Part shown: one piece after another, positions 49,363 to 59,366 of the stretch | How the letters are laid out: every line of letters starts with the position of its first letter | Position numbering within the stretch: the stretch's first letter is position 1 | Assembly: GCA_963846575.1 (NCBI GenBank) | Contig: CAWJWJ010000002.1 | Location: 2,304,001 to 2,368,000 of the forward strand | Length of the DNA: 64,000 nt | Reading direction: 5' to 3' | From: an uncultured Nitrospiraceae bacterium | Lineage (GTDB): Bacteria > Nitrospirota > Nitrospiria > Nitrospirales > Nitrospiraceae | Notes under the pieces: generated by a model | Told to the model about the DNA's origin: nothing | What the model saw: the letters and a program-made list of their open reading frames with translations, nothing else | Database searches by the model: none | Position numbers and translations under genes: made by a program

Positions 49363-51792
49363 GTGCATGTGTTGCTGATCGAAGATAACGAGGACGACGC
49401 GGAATTGATTCGGGAGGCTCTCTCGGAGCAATCGCCGCACAGCTTCACCCTGAACTGGGCCGATCGGCTTGAAACGGGGTTTCTGAAGCTCGCACAACAT
49501 TCCGTGGACGCCGTCCTGGTGGATCTTTCCCTGCCCGACAGCCAGGGCCTGGAAACACTCGATCGAGTGCGGGCTCAGGCCCATGAGGCCCCGGTTATTG
49601 TCCTGACGGGACTGGATAACGATCTCATCGCTGAGGAATCGCTCTTGCGGGGCGCGCAGGACTATCTCGTGAAAGGCCGCTTGACGGGTGACGCATTGAG
49701 GCGCGCCATTCGCTACGCGATGGGACGACACCGCGTGGAACAAGCTTTGCGGAAAAGCGAAGAGCGCTTTCAGTTGACCTGCCTCGCGACCAGGGACGGC
49801 ATCTGGGACTGGGATATTACCTCGGGGGTTGTCTGGTGGAATGATGCCTATGAAACGGTCTATGGCTATGGGTCGAAAGATATCGGCCAGGGATGGCTGG
49901 CGTGGTCGGAGCAAATCCATCCTGTGGACCGGTCGTCGGTCATCGCCGACCTTACCCACGTGCTGCAATCCGACCAGCATCTCTGGAGCGCTGAGTACCG
50001 GTTCCGAAGAGCCGACGGCACCTATGCCTATGTGATCGACCATGGTTATGTGCTCCGTGACCACCATGGCAGACCCTACCGGATGATCGGAGCAAAGACC
50101 GACATCACGGAACGAAAACAAGCCGAGACGCTGGACGCCGTTCAACTGGCCGTGGGCCTGGCACTTGAGGAGTCTGCCTCCTTGAATGAGGCCGTGCCGA
50201 AAATCCTCCGCGCCATGTGCGAGCTTCAAGGATGGGCGCTGGGCGCATTGTGGCTGGTCGATTCCCAGGGACGGAATCTCCGTTGCGATACCCTCTGGCA
50301 CCAATCCGGGCTCTTCGTGGAGGACTTCTCCCGCCTGTATCGAACGTTACTCCTCCAACCGGGGATGGGACTTGCCGGACAGGCGTGGCAAACCGGGAAC
50401 TCCATGCCCTGCCCGGATATTCAGAGCGAAGCAGATTTTCCCGTTCTTCAAGAAGCCCGGCAGGCTGGGTTGCGCGGCGCGATCGCGTTTCCAATTCATA
50501 ACGGGAAAGATATCCTGGGCATCGTGGAGTGCTTCACCCAGGACCTGCTACGTCCGACACCCTCGCATTTAGAACGGGTGTCCGAACTGGGCGCCATGAT
50601 CAGCCAATTCGTCCGCCGGAAGGACCTCGAACGGCAGCTGCGTCAGGCGCAAAAAATGGAGGCGCTGGGCCGCATGGCCGGAGGCATTGCACACGACTTT
50701 AACAATCTTCTGACTGTGATCAACAGTTGGGCTGAGCTATTGATGGAGGAACCGGGACTCAGCACTCGAGTGCAACGGGGCGTGGCCCAAATCAAAGAGG
50801 CGGGGCACAAGGCCACCGGACTCACCCGGCAATTGCTGGCCTTCACCCGGCGCCAACTGGTGGAACGCAAAACCCTCAACCTCAATGATCGCGTGACCGA
50901 CATTGTCGAATTAATGAAACGGGTCATCGGTGAGGACATCAACCTCGTCGTGACGCTGGATCCCTCATTAGGCCTGATCAAGGCAGACCCGGGACAAATC
51001 GAACAAGTCGTGATGAACCTCGTCGTCAACGCCCGTGATGCCATGCCCCACGGCGGCCGTCTTGAACTGGAGACCACAGAGGTATCCATCGTTCATTCCG
51101 ATCCATTCTGGCCCGATCCGCTCACCCCAGGCCCCTACGTGACCTTGGTAGTCCGTGACACGGGATGCGGCATGGATGCGGATACCCTGGCTCATATGTT
51201 TGAGCCTTTTTTCACGACGAAGGAACTCGGAAAGGGAACCGGCCTGGGTCTCTCTACCGTGTACGGCATTGTCAGGCAGAGCGGTGGCACGGTGGGAATA
51301 AAAAGCGAACCGGGAAAAGGCACGAGCTTCACGATCTACCTGCCGCGTGTCGCCCAGCAGGCCGATCCACCGCGCCCGATAGTACAACCGGCCGGCATAG
51401 TCGAACGGTCGGAAACAATTCTGCTCGTCGAAGACAACGACATGGTCCGGGGATTGGCTCAGACCGTACTCGCTGCCCAAAACTACACCGTGCTATCCGC
51501 ACGTTCGGCCGAGGAAGCATTGGAAATGGCTCGACGCCAAATCAGGCCTATCGCACTCCTGCTCACCGATATGATCATGCCGGGAATGGGTGGCGCGCAG
51601 CTGGCGGCTGAACTGAGAACCCTGCAGCCCGCCATCAAAGTGATCATCACTTCCGGGTACTCGGATCGAGAGGGAAGAGTCCTGGACTACAGTGATGAAC
51701 GGACCGCTTTTCTTCCCAAGCCCTACACGCCGGACTCACTGACGAGGGCAGTGCTTGCGGCCCTGGCCCACGGCCTGAAGAGTTCAAACTGA
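49363..51792 (+). CDS. Hybrid histidine kinase REC-PAS-GAF-HisKA-HATPase-REC
   Basis: LVDLSLPD, GIWDWD PAS, GAF region, QAQKMEALGRMAGGIAHDFNNLL, FEPFFTTK, GTGLGL, LLTDMIMPG. Confidence 0.92.
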   Translation: MHVLLIEDNEDDAELIREALSEQSPHSFTLNWADRLETGFLKLAQHSVDAVLVDLSLPDSQGLETLDRVRAQAHEAPVIVLTGLDNDLIAEESLLRGAQDYLVKGRLTGDALRRAIRYAMGRHRVEQALRKSEERFQLTCLATRDGIWDWDITSGVVWWNDAYETVYGYGSKDIGQGWLAWSEQIHPVDRSSVIADLTHVLQSDQHLWSAEYRFRRADGTYAYVIDHGYVLRDHHGRPYRMIGAKTDITERKQAETLDAVQLAVGLALEESASLNEAVPKILRAMCELQGWALGALWLVDSQGRNLRCDTLWHQSGLFVEDFSRLYRTLLLQPGMGLAGQAWQTGNSMPCPDIQSEADFPVLQEARQAGLRGAIAFPIHNGKDILGIVECFTQDLLRPTPSHLERVSELGAMISQFVRRKDLERQLRQAQKMEALGRMAGGIAHDFNNLLTVINSWAELLMEEPGLSTRVQRGVAQIKEAGHKATGLTRQLLAFTRRQLVERKTLNLNDRVTDIVELMKRVIGEDINLVVTLDPSLGLIKADPGQIEQVVMNLVVNARDAMPHGGRLELETTEVSIVHSDPFWPDPLTPGPYVTLVVRDTGCGMDADTLAHMFEPFFTTKELGKGTGLGLSTVYGIVRQSGGTVGIKSEPGKGTSFTIYLPRVAQQADPPRPIVQPAGIVERSETILLVEDNDMVRGLAQTVLAAQNYTVLSARSAEEALEMARRQIRPIALLLTDMIMPGMGGAQLAAELRTLQPAIKVIITSGYSDREGRVLDYSDERTAFLPKPYTPDSLTRAVLAALAHGLKSSN

Positions 51793-51850
51793 TCGCAGAT
51801 GGCAAAAAAGAGGACGCGGCAGCTCGGCGGGATCTCAGGCGAATGAGCCG

Positions 51851-52837
51851 CTAACGTAGGTCGCCGCCGACGGATGGGGTGCTAGCGTCCGTTGAAGAGA
51901 GATTGGCCGGCGCGGCCAAGACCGACCCCGACGCGGCGGAGTTCTTGGGGAACGACAAATCCAGCAGAGTATAAGGATTCACGCGGGCGCCGTTCACCTT
52001 CATCCCCCAATGGAGATGCGGTCCCGTAGCACGGCCTGTGGCGCCGACCTTGCCGATGATCTGCCCGGCCTTGACCAGATCGCCGGCCGTAACCAGCACG
52101 TCCGACAGGTGAAAATACATCGAATAGAGGCCGAGACCATGGTCGACAAAAATTCCCCGGCCTGAAAAAATATGGTCGACGATGAGGCGCACCACCCCAT
52201 CATTGCTGGCCAATACGTCGGTACCGAGCGGCGCCCCGATGTCTTCTCCATTGTGCGGATTTCTGGCCTGTCCGTTCATGACCCGCACGCTGCCGAACAT
52301 GCCGGTGCGTTTTCCATGGACCGGTTCGATGAACCCGGACTGCCACATCCGCATGGCTGATTCCTCGGCTAAGGCCATGCGAACTTGTTCCTGCTCAGCC
52401 TTCCAGCGTGCAGTTGCCTTTGGGTCCAGATCCACCTTGTCCTTCGGCAATTTGAGATGCTCGACGGGAAATTTTTCTTTCACGACAAACACCTGGTAGC
52501 TGAAGTGCCTGGTCTGCTCTCCCAGTTGGGCATCAATCACCAGCTCATGGCCGCCCGGCTCATCCTGCAAATCAATCCCCAAAAGACCGATATATCCGGC
52601 CCCGTCCTGGCTGGCCGGATCAGGAAACAACGTGACGGTGCGTCCCAGAAACCGGCCTTTGACGGCGGTGGCGTCTTTGACGTCGGGCACCTTGATGACC
52701 ACTACCTGTCCCTGCTTTCCGCTGAATTGTCCGTCGGCGCCTGGATGGGCGGGCACCGTGTTTGGAAACAACTCAACCGGAAACACACTGGCCAGGAGGA
52801 CCACCGAAATGATGAGGAACCGATCAAACTGTGACAT
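51851..52837 (-). CDS. Exported M23 family metallopeptidase
   Basis: Signal peptide; HNGED (HxxxD), YFHL, TGPHLHW (HxH) intact. Confidence 0.88.
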   Translation of the reverse strand: MSQFDRFLIISVVLLASVFPVELFPNTVPAHPGADGQFSGKQGQVVVIKVPDVKDATAVKGRFLGRTVTLFPDPASQDGAGYIGLLGIDLQDEPGGHELVIDAQLGEQTRHFSYQVFVVKEKFPVEHLKLPKDKVDLDPKATARWKAEQEQVRMALAEESAMRMWQSGFIEPVHGKRTGMFGSVRVMNGQARNPHNGEDIGAPLGTDVLASNDGVVRLIVDHIFSGRGIFVDHGLGLYSMYFHLSDVLVTAGDLVKAGQIIGKVGATGRATGPHLHWGMKVNGARVNPYTLLDLSFPKNSAASGSVLAAPANLSSTDASTPSVGGDLR

Positions 52838-52868
52838 GGTGGTGTCTCGATTCAGATCTTGTCCTGTC

Positions 52869-54245
52869 TCAGCGATAAAATCGCGCCCCGGAAACTTGCG
52901 ATAACAACTCCTCGACCCGACGATTGACCGCACTGAATGGATCCATGCAGAGGATGGTCTCTTCCCAATAGCCATTCAACTTCAGATAGGTCCAGTCTAC
53001 CGTATAGGAGCGGTTCTTGGCCCGCGCAAAGCGGATGAAGTCGCCGCGGACTTTTGCCCGGGTCGTCTGCGGCGGGACCGACATGGCGCGCTGCACCGCC
53101 TCCTCCTCCACCACGCGGGTGGCCATCCCGCGATTTTCCATCAGATAATACAGCCCACGGGTCCGTTTGACGTCATGAAACTGCAAATCCAACAAAAACA
53201 CACGGGGATCATCCCAGCCGCAATCTTTCTTGTCCGTGTAGGACTGAATAAGATGCTTTTTCATAACCCAGTCGACTTCATGCAGTAACTGCATGGGGTC
53301 TGTCTCGAGACGGTCCAGCACCGACACCCACTGCTTGAGCACATCGTCTAAAACGGGATCGTGGTCCTGCTCGTTCAAGAACTCCTTTGCCCGCGCGGCA
53401 TAGACCCGCTGGATCTCAATCGCGGTCATCTGCCGGCCATCGTCAAGTTTGACCCGCTTATTGAGGGTGGGATCACGGGAAATCTCGCGGATCGCTTTTA
53501 CGGGATCCTCGAGCTCCATGGCACTCACGGAATATCCCGCTTCGACCATGGAGAGTACCAAGGTCGCCGTGCCTACCTTCAAATAGGTGGCACATTCCGA
53601 CATGTTCGAATCGCCCACAATGATGTGAAGACGCCGGTATTTCTCCGCGTCGGCGTGAGGCTCGTCCCGGGTATTGATGATGCTCCGCGAGGAGGTCGTC
53701 GATGAGGAGGTCTTTTCATGGATGTGCTGGGCACGCTGCGAGATGAAGTATTGCGGCTTCCCGGACACCTTCAGGACTTTTCCGGCACCGGAATAAATTT
53801 GCCGGGTAACAAAAAATGGAATGAGCTGTTCGGTGACCTTCCAGAAATCAACATCCCGGCGCATCAAATAGTTTTCATGGCAGCCGTAGGTATTGCCGAG
53901 GGAATCGGTATTATTCTTAAAGATGTAAATTTCTCCTGCCAGGCCCTCCTCACGCAAGCGTTCTTCCGCAGCCGGCAAACAGGCTTCCAACAGTCGCTCA
54001 CCAGCCTTGTCGTGGATGACCAGATCAAGGATGTTGTCGCATTCAGGCGTCGAGTATTCCGGATGACAACCCGTATCCTGGTAAAATCTCGCTCCGTTGA
54101 CGAGAAAGGCGTTGGACGGCCAACTGTTCGGGATGAGGCCTTCGAAAATGTACCCCAGGACTTTCTCCATGGGGAGATAGATCTTCCCATTGGGGGAGAA
54201 GATCAGTCCGTATTCGTTCTCGAGACCAAAGATACGTTGTTGCAT
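52869..54245 (-). CDS. pafA: Pup--protein ligase
   Basis: RIFGLENEYG, NGARFYQDTGCHPEYSTPEC, FKNNTD, YGCHENYL, SQRA, IINTRDEPHAD, RRLHIIVGDSN, PPQTTRAK, VDW, DPF; alternative ATG at 54269. Confidence 0.95.
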   Translation of the reverse strand: MQQRIFGLENEYGLIFSPNGKIYLPMEKVLGYIFEGLIPNSWPSNAFLVNGARFYQDTGCHPEYSTPECDNILDLVIHDKAGERLLEACLPAAEERLREEGLAGEIYIFKNNTDSLGNTYGCHENYLMRRDVDFWKVTEQLIPFFVTRQIYSGAGKVLKVSGKPQYFISQRAQHIHEKTSSSTTSSRSIINTRDEPHADAEKYRRLHIIVGDSNMSECATYLKVGTATLVLSMVEAGYSVSAMELEDPVKAIREISRDPTLNKRVKLDDGRQMTAIEIQRVYAARAKEFLNEQDHDPVLDDVLKQWVSVLDRLETDPMQLLHEVDWVMKKHLIQSYTDKKDCGWDDPRVFLLDLQFHDVKRTRGLYYLMENRGMATRVVEEEAVQRAMSVPPQTTRAKVRGDFIRFARAKNRSYTVDWTYLKLNGYWEETILCMDPFSAVNRRVEELLSQVSGARFYR

Positions 54246-54277
54246 AGGTTCGGGATCCCTCGAAGCCATGTTACTTC

Positions 54278-54306
54278 AGGATACACCGTGACACGTACGG
54301 CTTCAA
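54278..54306 (-). promoter_or_regulatory. Putative internal promoter for pafA
   Basis: Minus strand TTGAAG-N17-TATCCT in the prcA-pafA gap. Confidence 0.5.
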
Positions 54307-54402
54307 CAGACGCTTTGCTTTGCACACCGGACGTGTGATCGGAGGTTAGGGTTGGTGAACACGCACCACCGATCGGGAGGGCTGTCGGAGATTGGACGGA
54401 CG

Positions 54403-55086
54403 TTAGGCGAGGAGCTGGGAAATGTCGGTGCTGCTCAAGCGCTTGAACTGTCGCCCGACGCGGGTTCTATCGAGCAGGGCCACTTCCAGGTTTTCTGATG
54501 GGATTCGCTGTCCCGCGACCTGCTCCAGGGCGGCGAGGCACCGCTTCAGACTATCTTTGAGGGTCGCCGGCTGAGTTGTGGCATGTTCCCGTAAATACTG
54601 CTGCACGGCCTCCGAGCGACCGCCAATGACCGCAAAACTTTTCTCGTCGACAATGCTTCCGTCAAAAGAGATGCGATAGATTTCACTCGCCTGGCCATTC
54701 GCCGCGACCTGCACCACCAGTATTTCTACCTCCAGCGGTTTGACATCCGTACTGAAGGCCGTACCTAAACTCTGCGAATAGGCGTTGGACAAGGTCCGTG
54801 CACTGACATCTTCGCGGCTATACATGTAACCGGTCAGATCCGCATGACGAATGCCCGCCTTTCGGAGATGTTCGAATTCGCTGTACTTCCCGGCGCCGGC
54901 GAACGCAATCCGATCGTACACTTCCGACACCTTGTGCAGCGACGAACTCGGATTGTCGGCCGCCAATAGAATGCCGTCGCTGTATTCCAACGCGATAATG
55001 GAGCGCCCCTTCGCGATGCCCTTCCTGGCGTACTCCGCCTTGTCCTGCATCATCTGTTCAGGCGAGACGTAGTAGGGCAATGGCAT
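54403..55086 (-). CDS. prcA: 20S proteasome alpha subunit
   Basis: MPLPYYVSPEQMMQDKAEYARKGIAKGRS, LHKVSEVYDRIAFAG, KPLEVE. Confidence 0.96.
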   Translation of the reverse strand: MPLPYYVSPEQMMQDKAEYARKGIAKGRSIIALEYSDGILLAADNPSSSLHKVSEVYDRIAFAGAGKYSEFEHLRKAGIRHADLTGYMYSREDVSARTLSNAYSQSLGTAFSTDVKPLEVEILVVQVAANGQASEIYRISFDGSIVDEKSFAVIGGRSEAVQQYLREHATTQPATLKDSLKRCLAALEQVAGQRIPSENLEVALLDRTRVGRQFKRLSSTDISQLLA

Positions 55087-55089
55087 CGA

Positions 55090-55914
55090 CTAGGTTCTCC
55101 TTCGCTCTGCGATCAGAGTTTCGAGCAGGGCCCGGACCCGTTCCTCAGGAACATCCGTAATCCCGTTCTGACTGACAATTTTCGCCGTTGGATAGATCCC
55201 CCGTACCATATCAGGGCCGCCCGTTCCGACATCTTCATCCGCCGCATTGTACAGCGCCAGGAGCCCGACACGAATCGCCGCCTCCTCGTCCAGTCCCGAG
55301 CGGTAATGCTCGCGCATCGTGTTACGGGCATCCTTGCCGCCCGACCCGATGGAGTGATGATCGGACTCTTCGTAGCGCCCGCCGGTAATGTCGTATTTAA
55401 AGATCCGACCTTCCTTGCGCTTGAGATCGTAGCCAACATAGAGGGGCATGACGACCAGTCCCTGAAACACCATGGGCAGATTGGCCTTCACCATTTGTCC
55501 CAGTTTGTTCGCCTTACCTTCGCACGACAGCTGGACGCCCTCCAACTTCTCGTAGTGCTCCAGTTCGGTCTGGAACAGCTTGGCCATCTCGATACAAGGT
55601 CCGGCTGCTCCGGCAATCGCCATGGCGGAATAGTCGTCAATGCGAAATACTTTTTCAATGCGCCGGTCAGCGATCTGAAATCCTTCCGTCGCGCGCCGGT
55701 CTCCGGCAATAATGGCTCCATCACGGTACTTCAACGCCAACACCGTCGTCCCATGGGGAACCCCCATGATTCCTGGACGGTTGAAGTCGTGAGGCACGGC
55801 TGCGCGCGGCCCGCTCATATCGGTCATCGAGGGCGTGAGTTCGGGATAGTGCCGATTGAGGAAGTCAAAAAAGCTGGACCCCTCGTGATATGGAAGGAAC
55901 GAACTGTTTTTCAT
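55090..55914 (-). CDS. prcB: 20S proteasome beta subunit with propeptide
   Basis: SSFFDFL propeptide, PHG|TTVLA processing site, AGDRRAT, ELEHYEKLEG, GSGG, GGPD. Confidence 0.96.
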   Translation of the reverse strand: MKNSSFLPYHEGSSFFDFLNRHYPELTPSMTDMSGPRAAVPHDFNRPGIMGVPHGTTVLALKYRDGAIIAGDRRATEGFQIADRRIEKVFRIDDYSAMAIAGAAGPCIEMAKLFQTELEHYEKLEGVQLSCEGKANKLGQMVKANLPMVFQGLVVMPLYVGYDLKRKEGRIFKYDITGGRYEESDHHSIGSGGKDARNTMREHYRSGLDEEAAIRVGLLALYNAADEDVGTGGPDMVRGIYPTAKIVSQNGITDVPEERVRALLETLIAERRRT

Positions 55915-55926
55915 GTGACGTCGTGC

Positions 55927-57426
55927 CTAAGTCGACAGTTTTTCGAGCAGCGCAGCCGCCGTCTCTGACTGGGCTAACAGCTCCCCCGTCAGAGCTTCGG
56001 TCCCGCGTAAAGGATCCATCAGCGGGATCCTTTTGATTTTGTTCTGCCCGATATCGAACAACACCGACGTCCAACTTGCCCCGTAGACGGCGTTCGGGTA
56101 TTTCTTGACGCACTGACCTCGAAAATAGGCCCGAGTGCCAACCGGCGCAGTGAATTCCGCGCGTGCGATCTCATGATCCAACACAATACGCTCAATCCTG
56201 TTACTGCGTTCCAACGTATAGTAGAGTCCCTTGTCCGGCCTGACATCGTGGTACTGAAAATCCATTAACCGTACCCGCGGATCATCCCATCCGCAAGACT
56301 TGCGCTCCATATAGGATTCAATCAGATAACGCTTGGCCACCCAATCCAATTCCCGCACCAATAGGCGAGGATCTCGTTCCAACCGGTCCAGCACATCCTC
56401 CCAGCGCACCAGCACATCTTTCGTCACCTGGTCGAGTTCGTGGCAAGCATAAAATTCCTGCGCAGCTTTGAGATAGGCCCGCTGCACCGCGATCGCAGTC
56501 GTGGCGGTTCCATCGACTAATTTAACCGTCTCTTTCACCTGAACGTCCCGAGACACCTGCTTGATAGCGGCGATGGGATCCGCCAGCGCGATCCGTGGAA
56601 GATCGGCCCCGGACTCGAGCAGGTGCAGCACAATGGACAGGGTTCCAACCTTGAGATAGGTCGAGAGCTCAGCCATATTCGCGTCCCCGACAATTACGTG
56701 GAGCCTGCGGTACTTTGCCGAATCGGAATGCGGTTCGTCGCGCGTATTAATGATAGGCCGCCGGACCATGGTGTTCAGGTCGACGAGAGTCTCGAAGAAA
56801 TCCGCTCGCTGCGAGAGCTGATATTCAGTCGGGCTAGTTTGATTCTCCGCCCCCACCTTGCCCGATCCTGCATAGATCGAACGCGTGACAAGGAATGGAG
56901 TCAACATTTGAGTGATTCGTTCGAATGACACCGCGCGGGAGACGAGATAGTTTTCGTGGTACCCGTAACTATTCCCCTTCCCGTCCGAATTATTCTTGTA
57001 CAAGACGAACTGCTCACGACCGCGGGCTTTGGTGATACCGTCCAAGGCCTGGGCAATGATGCGCTCGCCGACACGCTCGAAGGCCACCACTTCCCTGGCA
57101 TTCGTACATTCCGGTGTCGAATATTCAGGGTGGGCGCCATCGACATAGAGCCGTCCTCCGTTCGACAAGACCTTATTAAGCTGTCGATTATAGTCCGGCC
57201 CCGGTCGTTCCCGCTCTCCATCCACCTCGAACCCTCGCGCATCCAACAAGGGGTTTTCGTTTTCGTAATCCCACACTGCATGAGGGGCCGGAAGGTTCGA
57301 GTAATGTCCGATGAGATGAAGGGAATTGGCGACGGGGTCAGCGGCGCTCGGATCGCGGCTCGCGATACCAAATTCGGTCTCCGTGCCGATCACACGGGAC
57401 AGGTTGTTGGAATGGTTGTCGTTCAT
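55927..57426 (-). CDS. dop: Pup deamidase/depupylase
   Basis: GTETEFGI, Dop loop WDYENENPLLDARGF, NGGRLYVDGAHPEYSTPEC, YKNNSDGKG, RPIINTRDEPH, TRAYFRG, DPLRGT. Confidence 0.95.
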   Translation of the reverse strand: MNDNHSNNLSRVIGTETEFGIASRDPSAADPVANSLHLIGHYSNLPAPHAVWDYENENPLLDARGFEVDGERERPGPDYNRQLNKVLSNGGRLYVDGAHPEYSTPECTNAREVVAFERVGERIIAQALDGITKARGREQFVLYKNNSDGKGNSYGYHENYLVSRAVSFERITQMLTPFLVTRSIYAGSGKVGAENQTSPTEYQLSQRADFFETLVDLNTMVRRPIINTRDEPHSDSAKYRRLHVIVGDANMAELSTYLKVGTLSIVLHLLESGADLPRIALADPIAAIKQVSRDVQVKETVKLVDGTATTAIAVQRAYLKAAQEFYACHELDQVTKDVLVRWEDVLDRLERDPRLLVRELDWVAKRYLIESYMERKSCGWDDPRVRLMDFQYHDVRPDKGLYYTLERSNRIERIVLDHEIARAEFTAPVGTRAYFRGQCVKKYPNAVYGASWTSVLFDIGQNKIKRIPLMDPLRGTEALTGELLAQSETAAALLEKLST

Positions 57427-57440
57427 GGGTTTCGAGTGTG

Positions 57441-59210
57441 CTACAGATAGTGCCCGGTGTTGACTGTCTCAATTTGACGAGCCTCGGCTGGCCCACCGCT
57501 GATTGTCCGAAGGTGAACGATCTTCTCGCCCTTCTTACCAGCGACCTTGGCCCAATCGTCGGGATTGGTCGTGTTGGGCAGATCTTCGTGCTCTTTGAAC
57601 TCTTCACGGATCGCCCTGATCAGGTCGTCCGCTCGGAACCCGGTGCCTTCCTGCGCAATCGCCCGCTTCACGGCGAATTTCTTGGCTCGTGACACGATGC
57701 CCTCGATCAAGGCGCCGCTGGCGAAGTCCTTAAAATACAGAACTTCCTTCTCGCCGTTCGCATACGTGACTTCGATGAATTTGTTCTCGTCGGAGGTCGC
57801 ATACATGGCATCGACCGTCAGATTCATAAGCGATTCGACGAGCGCCCGGGCATCTCCGCCGTGGCGCTTCAGGTCCTCCTCCGCAAAAGGCAAATCAGCT
57901 GAGACATACTTGGAGAAAATGTCTCGCGCCGCGGCGGCATCGGGGCGGCCGACCTTTACCTTTACATCGAGACGGCCCGCCCGCAGCACGGCTGGATCAA
58001 TGAGATCCTGTCGGTTGCTCGCGCCGATGACGATGACGTTCTTCAAACGTTCCACACCGTCGATCTCCGACAGGAATTGCGGAACGATGGTCGATTCGAT
58101 GTCGGAGGAGATGCCCGTACCGCGGGTGCGGAAGAGCGCATCCATTTCGTCGAAGAACACGATCACAGGATGACCGTCATCAGCCCGCTCTTTGGCCTTC
58201 TTGAAGACTTCACGCACCTGCCGTTCCGACTCACCTACGTACTTATTCAGCAGTTCCGGACCTTTCACATGGAGGAAATAGCTCCGGAGTTGCTTATCCT
58301 TAAGATGTCCCAGCTTTTTCGCGATCGAGCTTGCCACCGCCTTGGCGATCAAGGTCTTTCCGCAGCCGGGAGGTCCGTAGAGCAACACACCCTTGGGGGC
58401 GTGCAGTTTATAATTCGAAAAGATGTGCGGGTAGAGAAACGGTAACTCCACGGCATCCCGCACCTGCTCGATCTCTTTTTGCAGCCCTCCGATGTGCTCG
58501 TAATCCACATCCGGCACTTCCTCGAGCACCAATTCCTCGGCCTCCGATTTCGGCAACTTCTCGATCACGCAGCCAGAACGTGCATCGTACAACAAGTGGT
58601 CGCCCACGCTGAGCCGTTCCTTTAACAGGGGCTCGCCCAACTCAGCCACCTTTTCTTCATCAAAATGCAGCGTCACCAGCGCCCGGTTCCCCTCCAGCAC
58701 GTCCTTGAGTCGGACGACTTCGCCCTGGACATCGAACCCGCGCACCTCGATGACATTCAATGCTTCGTTGAGGATGACTTCCTGACCTTTACGCAGTTCT
58801 TTCGCTTTGATGGACGGATGAAAACTGACCTTCATCTTGCGACCGGATACGTAGACGTTTCCCGTCCCGTCGGTGTTCAGGCTGGAGAAAATTCCATAGG
58901 TGGACGGCGGGGCGGTCAGTTTTTCAACCTCGGCCCGCAACGCTTCGATTTGGGATTTGGCTTCCTGGAGGGTCGAGACGAGCTTTTCGTTCTGCTTTGT
59001 CGTTTGCTCGAGCTGGTAACGTGACTGGTAGAGCCGCCGAATTTCCTCCTCCATCGACTGGATTTGGATACGAAGTTTTTCAACCTCGCGCGTATGTTCG
59101 TCGTTCTTGTGTGTCACGCTCCCCTCTCCGTCAGAAAGTGACTTGGTAAAGCGTTTGACGGAATCACGGAAGGACCGGAGTCGGCCTGAACTCCTGTTTG
59201 ATTCGGCCAT
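57441..59210 (-). CDS. arc: Proteasomal AAA ATPase (ARC/Mpa)
   Basis: N-terminal coiled coil plus PP linker, GPPGCGKT, KGPELLNKYVGE, FFDEMD, LPNTTNPDDW, C-terminal HbYX-like GHYL. Confidence 0.96.
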   Translation of the reverse strand: MAESNRSSGRLRSFRDSVKRFTKSLSDGEGSVTHKNDEHTREVEKLRIQIQSMEEEIRRLYQSRYQLEQTTKQNEKLVSTLQEAKSQIEALRAEVEKLTAPPSTYGIFSSLNTDGTGNVYVSGRKMKVSFHPSIKAKELRKGQEVILNEALNVIEVRGFDVQGEVVRLKDVLEGNRALVTLHFDEEKVAELGEPLLKERLSVGDHLLYDARSGCVIEKLPKSEAEELVLEEVPDVDYEHIGGLQKEIEQVRDAVELPFLYPHIFSNYKLHAPKGVLLYGPPGCGKTLIAKAVASSIAKKLGHLKDKQLRSYFLHVKGPELLNKYVGESERQVREVFKKAKERADDGHPVIVFFDEMDALFRTRGTGISSDIESTIVPQFLSEIDGVERLKNVIVIGASNRQDLIDPAVLRAGRLDVKVKVGRPDAAAARDIFSKYVSADLPFAEEDLKRHGGDARALVESLMNLTVDAMYATSDENKFIEVTYANGEKEVLYFKDFASGALIEGIVSRAKKFAVKRAIAQEGTGFRADDLIRAIREEFKEHEDLPNTTNPDDWAKVAGKKGEKIVHLRTISGGPAEARQIETVNTGHYL

Positions 59211-59270
59211 CGCTTTACTCGCCGGATGGTTCGAAAGCCTTGTCTGTCACGGTCATCCACGTCTTTTCGG

Positions 59271-59299
59271 ATTCTAACATCCGTATAGGGGGTGGTCAA
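59271..59299 (-). promoter_or_regulatory. Sigma70 promoter of the proteasome operon
   Basis: Minus strand TTGACC-N17-TAGAAT with extended -10 TG, 60 nt upstream of the arc ATG. Confidence 0.7.
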
Positions 59300-59366
59300 C
59301 TGCAGCGACTCGACGAACATCTCTCGGCACACCGCGCGCTGAGTCGGAAGCCATCGTGCTGCGTCT

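Noticed and set aside
54246..54402. prcA-pafA gap as the hidden pup gene or an ncRNA
   Set aside because: No ORF ending GGE/GGQ. The short hairpins and a promoter-like TTGAAG-N17-TATCCT account for the gap.
55865..56113. 82-aa alternative-frame ORF across the dop-prcB junction as an overlapping Pup
   Set aside because: It lacks the acidic helix and C-terminal GG[EQ], ends in VQLF, and is a shadow frame of dop/prcB.
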